From Trichoplax adhaerens (taxonomy: Eukaryota > Animalia > Placozoa), in assembly GCF_000150275.1 (NCBI RefSeq), contig NW_002061017.1:5023-15535 (forward strand): 10,513 bases of DNA. The letters run 5' to 3'. The notes under the pieces were generated by a model. The model did not search any database, was not told where the DNA came from, and saw nothing but the letters and a program-made list of their open reading frames with translations. Both the position numbers and the translations under genes were made by a program. Below, one piece after another: positions 1-8,735 of the stretch (within the stretch, counting starts at the first letter, position 1; each line of letters starts with the position of its first letter).

Positions 1-396
1 GCATTCAAAATTCTGTCGCAAAATTGATCGAAGAGATTTCATATTACAAGTTGTGCGCAATGTGTCGTGATACAGACCATGTTTAAATATATTGAAGCTA
101 TTATTGAAATTATTCAGTTGCTAATAACATACCTTATTGCGTTGCTAGAATTAGAAGAATACTGATTAAAAAATATATGACGATCTTATTAAGCAGATCT
201 ATATCGAAAGTTCAGTTACTAAAGTTAGCAAGTAAAATATGTTATGTTTTCAGTAAACAGATCTATTAAATTCGTTTACATAAGATGCGATTTAGTAATT
301 TCTGTTTATGATCTTCGAGTTATATAAAAGCTGCGAATATAAGGAGCTAATTTAATACCGTCAAAATTTTCCTTACGCTTAAAATAATAATGCGTA

Positions 397-1039
397 TGTT
401 ACAGTGTTATACACTGTAATATCGAGATTATAGTAGAAACATCTATGTTAGGATAATTTTGTTGATTTACCCCTATATGAAAAGTTTCTAACGTAGATAT
501 GTGATATTTAAATATAGCACTAGCTTTTATGGTGATATATACAGCCAACTGAAATTAATAGTTTTAGTAGTTTAATTAGGGAATCGAGAATAATCTTCTT
601 ACAATTGAAATCACTGTGATTGTAATTTACTTATGCTAGATTGTAGATTATCGTAGAAATGTTCCGTGATAGGACATATTATAATCTGATAATTTTGTAT
701 TAGTCATTTGATTACTATCTTGATAAATACTGTTATCTTCATTAGGTAGCAGAAGATAAAATTAGCTTTTGATTCATTATCAGGTTTCAACATTAATATT
801 ACTAACTAGGATGTCTTTGCTATTGTAAAAGAGTATATAAATACGATGAGTCGTATAATAAAGTTAGTTCTTATGATTCGTGTTTAACGTAAGATACGAG
901 GCGTCTAAGTCTTTCTGTAGTCTACTAGTATAGGAAAAGTGTTCTTGAAAAAGTAGATACTGCTCCCTGATACGTGGTTCAGGAAATCGACTGATTGATC
1001 GTGCATTACGTTATCTTGTTGCAAAGCTATTTTGTAACG
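397..1039 (+). mobile_element. Solo LTR #1 (643 bp) of an LTR retrotransposon
   Basis: Starts TGTTACA (397-403) and ends TGTAACG (1033-1039), an inverted terminus with the last A changed to G. Flanked by GCGTA (392-396) and ACGTA (1040-1044), a 4/5 TSD match. Internal TATATAAA 834-841, AATAAA 857-862, TTAGTT initiator 864-869 (A is 32 nt from the TATA start). Shares GTATATAAA...AAAGTTAGTTCTT and CTTGTTRCAAA...TTGTAAC with LTR #3. Confidence 0.72.
834..869 (+). promoter_or_regulatory. TATA box + AATAAA + initiator of LTR #1
   Basis: TATATAAA ... AATAAAG TTAGTT with canonical TATA-Inr spacing. Confidence 0.65.
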
Positions 1040-2148
1040 ACGTAGTTATAGAATTTATTTGTTAACGATAACCCTTAATAAACCCTCTTTTACTCTGAAT
1101 CATTAGTGAGAAGTGTTTACGGATACGTTTTCAGAAGCAGTTTTTGTAAATTATCGTTGGATATATTGCTAATTACTAATAGACGCCTGTTATTCAAGCA
1201 TATTCTATGAAAATTAATGTATTGCAATTACAAAGATTTTCAATACCTTACGGTATTTAATAGTAATAGAAGAACAATAATGTTTTACATTATAATATAA
1301 AACATTATTATTCATACGATAGAATAAATTAATCATTTTCGAAGAAAATAGTTTCATTTGATAATTTGAATCTGATTGTAAGCGACTAAGTTGAAGTAAA
1401 AAAATTAAGCTAAAAGCATTTAAAAATTGTAGACATATGATAGAATATTTGGAATACTATTTTACCCAATTTTAGAGTAGTTAGTAAGATTAGCAGTTTT
1501 GCATTAAGTGATTGATAAATATAACCCTATATGAGTAATAATTATTTTGAAGCATGACTTATTAATATATCTTTAGGTTGTAAAATAAGAAAAATAATGA
1601 CTATTTCAAACTCTACAAATAAGTTTCCTAGTAATTTATGAAGACAGCTTTTGGTGATCATACTAACCTTTAGAGATAATATATTCATTTTTTCGGATTC
1701 CAGTTATAGATTTTTTTTAATACCGGGCTTTTAAGTCTAAGACCAGCAAACTTTGTTAAGACTTATAGATGTATTTCTAGTTATACGCAGTAATAACATT
1801 AAAGTTGGTATTGCATCGACTATACCAAAAATATAACTTAATAGCCGAAAGTTTCGAAACTAATGAGTCAACGAGTAATATTACCAATGTTGATTGGTTA
1901 ATAACGTCGAAAGCTCAAGAATTCATCAAAACTGCCAAAATCGCTGCGAATACATTGTTGTTATGATACTAGTCATCGTATCTTGTAAATTAGTTTGTTC
2001 GTCTCTAAAATTGTTTATTACTTAAAGTATTAATTGAAAATCTGGATTAATTATTAGCACCAGTAAGAGTTACTATTAATTAATGTTATTAATTATTGTA
2101 GTGGTGCTGAGCCTCTAGTTGTTAAATAGCTAATAATGGTGATAATTG

Positions 2149-2197
2149 ATTGATGTTGTTTACACCTGATTTATATTAATTGATGTTGTTTACACCT
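2149..2197 (+). repeat. Perfect 19-bp direct repeat ATTGATGTTGTTTACACCT, period 30, inside LTR #2
   Basis: Copies at 2149-2167 and 2179-2197; each contains TTGTTTAC. Confidence 0.9.
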
Positions 2198-2316
2198 TGA
2201 CTCGAGTCATACTGAGTCATATAATAATTGTAATCCTGTTTCTCATACTGAGTAAGTAAATTGTATTATATGTGTTTCTCTGCTTTGCACTACCTACGTG
2301 TGGCGACTGGCGACTG

Positions 2317-2351
2317 TATATAAGCCCGAGCAGAAAATATATCGCTCAGTT
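2317..2351 (+). promoter_or_regulatory. TATA box + initiator (TCAGTT) of LTR #2
   Basis: TATATAAG then TCAGTT with the A 31 nt downstream; AATATA lies just before the Inr. Confidence 0.65.
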
Positions 2352-4971
2352 GATACTTCTCTAGTGTACGACAAGGTACTTTACTCTCGTGGCATGATTA
2401 GAAGTAAAAACTCATTAACTAATCTTACAACAAGCCGCTTATTATACTTGTGAAGAAGTTGTTAGTCTTACTTACAGTATCTCTCCATAGTTAGTTGGTG
2501 ACTAAGTAGCTAGTAAGTTAGTTGATCACTCACGTTAGAAGAGAGTAGACAGTGATTTTACTCGTATGAGTGACAATTGTTAATTAGCTATTGGTTCCAA
2601 GAAAAATGTCAGAAAAGTCGCAGATCAAGATCTAGGCATAAACTATGTTGCAGGATAAAAAACTAAACTTGTGCTATATAATGTTCATAAATAAAGATTA
2701 TGATGGCCGAGCTAACAATGTATAAGACTTGTTGCTAACAGAACTTACGAAAACTATTTAGGTATAAGTTATATAGCTATTAAATAAAACAGGGATCAGT
2801 TTAGTAATCACTAGATTTCCATTATTAAATGAGTAAATATGATACGTTAGAAATAAGTAGAACATCATTCATCAATACAGATTCAAATTCTCAGAATTTA
2901 TCTTTCAAGTATTACCAAGTATTTCGAATTGTACTTATAATCTACAGTAAAGCAAATTAGTATTACGTTGCGTTACATTTGGATTGTAATTATGCAATTG
3001 TTCAATAAAGTAGTTTGCCAATTTCACCAAAGTGTATTACAATTATTCGTAAATGATAGTGGTTAAAGTTGGAGTGCTGATAATGCATTCTAACAGTCAG
3101 CGATCAAGCCACCCACATGTTTGCATTATACATTGCCGGAAGAGCCTGCAAAACGTTAAAATTTATACCGAAACGGTATCAAGCTATCTGTTTTACATCG
3201 CATAGGAGTTTAGCAATGCTTAGTGTTCTTCAATTTCAAATAATTGTAATATCCATTACACTGAAATAAAATTCACTCTTAAATAAATATCTTAATAGAC
3301 TTTCATTTATATCTAGCTGATTAAAATTATATTCTTAATTCCAAGTCGTCTTGTAATAGGTCAGTCAAGATACGTCAATGATTGTAAATTTGAATACCTC
3401 CATTGTAGTCAGCTTTAACGATAAAATTGTACCGACAAAAGTTTTCTGTTATAATATCATTGATGAAGCTAATTAAATGTTATGACCTATGATGAATTTA
3501 AGAACTCAATAGAAATTTAAGCAGTTTAAATAAAAAATCGATTAGTGAGTAATCAAAACAAAAATTTCTTTGATATGTTTCTACATAATTAAAATTAATT
3601 AGCTTTCACAAAAACACCATAACCAGAGATTACCCCTCTAATATTTGAGATAACAATTTCGCTTAAATACAGCGTAAAACCAAAATGTTTATTAGAAGTA
3701 ATTTAATAGTGAATTTTCGGCATGCTTGAAGACATAATTTGCTCCCACAACGACAAATAAGCATGTCTGATTAAGATTTATCACAAAAAGATCTTTCGAT
3801 TTTATGAATAAGCTACAGAACTCTATAACTTTTTTAAACGCGTTTCAAAATTCAAGATCGATTTTATAAGTTCACTTTTTTTGTCAAACGATTTCATGGC
3901 AACTTTCAGTCAAGGATGGCCATCTATCAGTATGAAATACTGGTATCATTATTAAAAATTAATTAATTGAACTCATTCGTTATTATTTTAAGAAGCAGCT
4001 CTAAAAAATGATCATCTATTACCTTATTTCGAAAGAGAATATTTTATAGATTCCGTACGAAAAAATTGATAACCTATTTTTGTTTTGTAATCAAACGGTA
4101 CTGACGATAAGTATACTCATAAGCTATAATGAACTAAGCTATAATCTCCATAGATAATTCGTAAGCATAAAACAAAACTTAAGCTATAACAAATTAACAA
4201 ATTTATAGTTAGGCTAAATTTTTGAGGAAATTATAATCGAGCACTGTTGTTACTACTGCATATCGTTTTACATGTAAATGAAATAGGTAATTAATTTCAT
4301 TTAGAAAGTAACGGCGCCTATTTATAAAGCAACATAATATTAGATAGTGATTTTGTAAAATCACGGATATTTAATAAATACGGTAAGACTACTATTAATG
4401 AATGACCTTATTTAAGTTTACTAATTACTGAGATTCAATGCTAATAAATACGTGAAGTGTATTATGGTATTTAAGGGAAACTAAATAAGTATCAGTCCAC
4501 AATATTACTTTGACACAAATTCCAATATAAAATACTGTTTCAAATAGCACTACAAATGTTACAAATCGAAATTTTGAACGAGGAAAATTACAAGTATTGT
4601 ACAGAAAACTAAAAACTACGGGCCGACTTTCACTTTTATTCTCCCCGATATTTGCCTACAGTAAGACTCTAAGTACTGACAATCGCCTAATACCAAGAGG
4701 AAAAGTAACATTATTAATTTCTCTTAGATAAAACTGAATCCATCCTTTATTGAAAAGTCATTTAAATTATAATCAATCGACATAAACATTAATTATAATT
4801 ATTATATTTGTTAGCTTGACATTAAGGTATTCCGAATAAGACTTTGAGAAGAGGTAACACAGATAATTTCTTTAAATTACTTTATTCGTTTCTATTTAAA
4901 TCGATATACTGTTAGCGATGTAAGAGATAAACATTAACCACTAATGTTCTCTGAGACTGATATCTAAGAAC

Positions 4972-5063
4972 TGCTCTTATGGCACGCAGTGGTCAGTATT
5001 AAGTGCGTAGCTTTCTAAGCTACTAATTGGCCATAAATAAGCCAGCTCGCCTGGCCAGAGCTA
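4972..5063 (+). pseudogene. tRNA-like cloverleaf (Arg-TCT-like): tRNA pseudogene or tRNA-derived SINE head
   Basis: Acceptor-like GCTCT (4973-4977)/AGAGC (5057-5061). D-like GCAC (4982-4985)/GTGC (5003-5006) with AGTGGT in an oversized 17-nt loop. Perfect anticodon arm GTAGC-TTTCTAA-GCTAC (5007-5023, TCT at 5014-5016). T-like arm GCCAG-CTCGC-CTGGC (5041-5055). The T loop is only 5 nt, there is no intact GTTCRA B box, and the variable region is 17 nt. Confidence 0.5.
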
Positions 5064-5597
5064 GTTCTCCTGGAATAACTAATAAAATGCAGTAATACTG
5101 GGATATACATGCTCGTTAAAATGCCGAGTAACCCTGTTAGATTACGACAACCAGCACTAAATAAGTTATAACACTATAATCATAGAGTGCAGCTTAGGAT
5201 TCAATCTTTTACTCCTATAAGGCAGATTATAACACAAGGAAGAAAGATAATGACACCAATTTGATGCAAAATAATCCAGTTGATAAGTTCAAATGCTAAA
5301 AACGAGCACAATAATATATAGTTCTAGCGAAATTTATTTTAAATATTATTATAGCTAATGATATTAAATGTGGGGCAGTATGAATTGAAATATCGAACAG
5401 AAAATTAATCGAAAGCAGCCGGAGCCATAGCAGTGTTGTAGTTTATCAACACTTACTTTATTAAAACATACAGTTCTACACTATATTTTATCATTGTCAT
5501 TAGCTGAAATCAGTAAAGTGTTCATAAAAAATTTGCATTAATTGAATCTTAATCGGCTAACTATAGAATATCTGCTGCATCTGCTTGCTATTCTAGG

Positions 5598-6557
5598 TCA
5601 AGATTTAAAATTGCAAATACCATAAATTCGATAACTTAGATTTCGTAATACCATCTTAATATTCTTGTCAAGAGTAAAGAACACAATCGGATTGACTAAG
5701 TAGGAGAAAAGATTAATAGTATGTAATAGCGAATATCCTAATGTTATACTTATATTATCTAAGAGATAAGAGTACCGATTTTGGCCAAATATTGCATAAA
5801 GCAAGGTTGCAATTACAAAGAGTAATGATAATGACACCTGCATAATAGTTGCAATTATAAAACTTCGAGGTACACTCTACGTACGATTGATTGAAGACTC
5901 ATTATCATATCTGGCTGCAGTATTATGGGATGTTTGATTGAATAAATAATGCCAACCCGCCTATAATTTCTTATTATTATTAATTAATGCCGGAATCATG
6001 TAGATGAGCAGCAATATGCAAGAAGAGTAGATAGCGTTAAATATATAACACAATGGATAGCCAATATCACAAGTTATCGCTTTTAAATTCTATGATCCAA
6101 TTAGAAACGCAGGAAAGGCACACGTGATACTAATTAGCCACGGTAATATAATAATACTAATGCAATGTTTAGATATTACCGAGTTTCGAAATGTTAATGG
6201 ACTAGTAACAAGTTTTAATCGATAGATATTAATCGCTGTCAAACTTAAATGGATGTATTAGTTGATATAGAAGAAATTCCTTCTGAAATTTTACATATGA
6301 CATCACCTGTAGATTTTGATATGACCTCACCTGATATTGTAACTGTAGTAAGAATAAATATCTGGATGGAAGAAATGACATCAAATATTGCGAAATTAGT
6401 AATAAAATTATAAGACTGATCTTGTAGTTTTTTGGCTGATAACCGAATTACTACTAGAATACTGTTACTGAAAAATATCAGCATACAAAAAAAGACTCTA
6501 TACGATCAAAATCCAGGTACTTTGTTGATAAAGGAGCATTGCTGTATTATTAGACAC
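5598..6557 (-). pseudogene. Intronless class A (rhodopsin-like) 7TM GPCR pseudogene, ~319 aa when repaired
   Basis: Reconstruction: (V/M)SNNTAMLLYQQSTWILIV*SLF/CMLIFFSNSILVVIRLSAKKLQDQSYNFITNFAIFDVISS...DVICKISEGISSISTNTSI/SLTAINIYRLKLVTSPLTFRNSVISKHCISIIILPWLISITCAFPAFLIGS*NLKAITCDIGYPLCYIFNAIYSSCILLLIYMIPALI/IIIRNYRRVG/YLFNQTSHNTAARYDNESSINRT*SVPRSFIIATIMQVSLSLLFVI...INLFSYLVNPIVFFTLDKNIK...FKS. Class A landmarks occur in order: N-terminal NxT sequon, TM1 N, TM2 NFAIFD (LAxxD), TM3 C, DRY-equivalent YRL, TM4 W..P, ECL2 C, TM5 P and NY, TM7 NPIVF. Lesions: TAG at 6500-6498, 6092-6090 and 5879-5877; frameshifts at ~6487-6493, ~6247-6249, ~5980 and ~5950. The start codon is uncertain (GTG 6557, or ATG 6539 or 6572). 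Confidence 0.93.
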
Positions 6558-7416
6558 TGTCTACCAAAACATTTGTCAAATGGAACTATTATAACAATTT
6601 ACTGTTCTAAGAAATAGTCAGTTACAGAAACAATCATCGAATCATGAACACTGTATTATAGCACTAAAGATTTATGATTAATATCAAATTATAAATACTT
6701 TAAGTCGAAAGATTAGGGATCTTCTCAATCTAATCTGACATTGCGGCGTTAATAAAAAATTTAACAGCTTATTAATTGTTAACGACACAATCACATCGAC
6801 CATTACACTTAGTAACGATTTTATCTCGTTCATGAAGCCTTTTAGTAATTTAATATCCATTTGGCGAAATTTTTTTTTAGTGACTTCGCTAAATCATTTT
6901 TTTACTATTATTGATCTAATAAATGAAATAATTGAATTATTTTTAGGAATCTAAATAGGCCATGAAATTGCATTTATACAGTTGTTGAATAAGTATTGAT
7001 TTATTAAAACTGTAATTACGATTACTAATTAACTTTTCAAATATTAAATATCAATGAGATAGAATATGATTAGCGCTTGTGTTGCTAGATAATATTGTAC
7101 TAATTAAGTTAAGATAGTGCATGTAGCATATTTACAAAATATTCAATAATTAATTATATCCCATTAAGCAATTTTAACTTATTCTAAAGTTACTTTTGAA
7201 GGAAATAAATAATTATGCAAAGTGGCGCTAATAAATAATCAAGACAATATTTTAGTGGTTGTAGTTAGTTAAATGTCGTATAAAATTTATGTGACTTGAG
7301 CATACTGTAATTTTAAATATGCTTAACTCTGTACGATATTGTAAATTAGTAGAAGAGCAAGGATATTTTTATGTAGATTGATTCGCTCGATAAAATTTCT
7401 TGATTGTCTACTTGAG

Positions 7417-7640
7417 NNNNNNNNNNNNNNNNNNNNNNNNNNNNNNNNNNNNNNNNNNNNNNNNNNNNNNNNNNNNNNNNNNNNNNNNNNNNNNNNNNNN
7501 NNNNNNNNNNNNNNNNNNNNNNNNNNNNNNNNNNNNNNNNNNNNNNNNNNNNNNNNNNNNNNNNNNNNNNNNNNNNNNNNNNNNNNNNNNNNNNNNNNNN
7601 NNNNNNNNNNNNNNNNNNNNNNNNNNNNNNNNNNNNNNNN
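7417..7640. other. Assembly gap or masked segment, 224 N
   Basis: Run of N; the three ORF-track entries spanning it are artefacts. Confidence 0.98.
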
Positions 7641-7908
7641 TTGAGACAATTATGCTGTGAGAATTAGATTAGATTAGATGGAATAGTTAGGTGGCACTTG
7701 TCACATTCTGTAATAGTTACATAATTAGTATGTTACCTTCTTTCTATTTATGGTTAAATATCACGATATTATCACGTCATGCGTATATAGACGTAGTTAT
7801 GGTACTATATTAAGTTTATCTATATATGTATTCTCATGTTGCCATACTTGGCATGATAGTCTATTCGTAATGTCTAAACTAGGGAAACCTTTCTGTTAGT
7901 GATGATCT

Positions 7909-7932
7909 TTTGATCTACTGACGTAGATCAAA
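7909..7932. repeat. Perfect 10-bp inverted repeat TTTGATCTAC-TGAC-GTAGATCAAA in the U3-like part of LTR #3
   Basis: Read directly; extends imperfectly to 7903-7937. Confidence 0.9.
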
Positions 7933-7949
7933 GGTCACAATAAAGAAAG

Positions 7950-7984
7950 TATATAAACTCTTTATTTTAACAACAAAGTTAGTT
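7950..7984 (+). promoter_or_regulatory. TATA box + initiator (TTAGTT) of LTR #3
   Basis: TATATAAA then TTAGTT with the A 31 nt downstream. Confidence 0.65.
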
Positions 7985-8497
7985 CTTCAACTTAATTACT
8001 GGGTCTCCTTGCTGAGCGCAGATCTAGTACTTGTTACAAAATTGGGAAGTTGTAACAGCACTTTTAATACTATCACTATTTGCATCTAGCATAAGTTTTT
8101 GTTAAATGATTGAATAGTAATTTTTATGGTAATTAATCTTTCATTTCATTAATGAATTCAATTTTCGAAGCCTAAGTGACTAAGTCCAATTATAAAATTC
8201 CCCAAAAATGTGAACTATCGAATACATATCGCAAGCTATACATTATTGCCTTGATTTATTTATTGATATTGTTCATTTATATATTCAGACTATTTTATGA
8301 TGACAGGTCTACGACAAATGGTAGTACTATCTGTTAAATGAGCACATTATCGTAAATCGTCAGCAAAGCGACGGGAGTTTGCACTAGTTATCATAAAGAT
8401 TAGAATAAGAAATTCACAGATTATAACTAAAATCTTCTTTTCGACTGATATGCTTGATTGTAGACTCTAGAGTAGCAAATGAAATGATGCCTAAAAT

Positions 8498-8735
8498 ATC
8501 ACTGATGGTTCTAAATTTAGGCTTGTACTAGATTGGCAACTTTGTTAACTTGAAGACACTTCTAAGAAAACATGTCAGTATGTCACGGTAGTGAATCTAC
8601 TGTGATGAATGATAACTTACTTAATTTAAACACGTATATGTATCACATAGCATTATTGAGTGTTCTAAATTTATGCTTATATAAGATTGACAAGTTTGTT
8701 AATTAATGAACATATACCAGAACATGTTCAGCTTT
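8498..8735. repeat. Diverged direct repeat, period 154 (~80-bp units starting near 8498 and 8652)
   Basis: GTTCTAAATTTAGGCTTGTACTAGATTGGCAACTTTGTTAACT (from 8508) versus GTTCTAAATTTATGCTTATATAAGATTGACAAGTTTGTTAATT (from 8662); both continue to AACATGT(T)CAG. Confidence 0.8.

Larger units (their letters stand above)
1959..2575 (+). mobile_element. Solo LTR #2 (617 bp)
   Basis: TGTTAT start and GTGACA end, flanked by a perfect ATTGT duplication (1954-1958, 2576-2580). U3-like 19-bp direct repeat (2149-2167, 2179-2197). TATATAAG 2317-2324, AATATA 2336-2341, TCAGTT initiator 2346-2351 (A is 31 nt from the TATA start). Confidence 0.72.
7699..8057 (+). mobile_element. Solo LTR #3 (359 bp)
   Basis: TGTCACA start and TGTAACA end (6/7 inverted match), flanked by a perfect GCACT duplication (7694-7698, 8058-8062). 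TATATAAA 7950-7957, AACAAA 7972-7977, TTAGTT 7979-7984 (A is 31 nt from the TATA start). Promoter and 3' motifs are shared with LTR #1. Confidence 0.82.

Noticed and set aside
1956-2432. Alternative LTR #2 boundaries TGTTGT...ACAACA
   Set aside because: Flanks TACAT/AGCCG show no duplication, whereas 1959-2575 has a perfect TSD.
5012-5018. Amber-suppressor (CTA) reading of the tRNA-like loop, which could rescue the TAG stops of the neighbouring GPCR
   Set aside because: The canonical 7-nt loop register gives TCT, the structure lacks a B box, and the GPCR also has four frameshifts.
4935-5090. Self-cleaving ribozyme (twister on the minus strand, HDV-like or hammerhead)
   Set aside because: Partial stems exist, but the conserved cores and pseudoknot pairings could not be matched by eye; the cloverleaf explains the stems better.
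5598-6572. Alternative genetic code (TAG as sense)
   Set aside because: The TAGs fall where different residues are plausible (Tyr or Lys), and frameshifts show real decay.
6432-6617. 61-aa plus-strand ORF
   Set aside because: Antisense shadow of the GPCR pseudogene 5' end; no recognisable motifs.
7323-7660. Three ORFs of 86-108 aa
   Set aside because: Open only because they span the N gap.
397-8057. LTR #1 and LTR #3 as the paired LTRs of one full-length element
   Set aside because: They differ in length, share only motif-level similarity, each has its own TSD, and no gag-pol was recognised between them.
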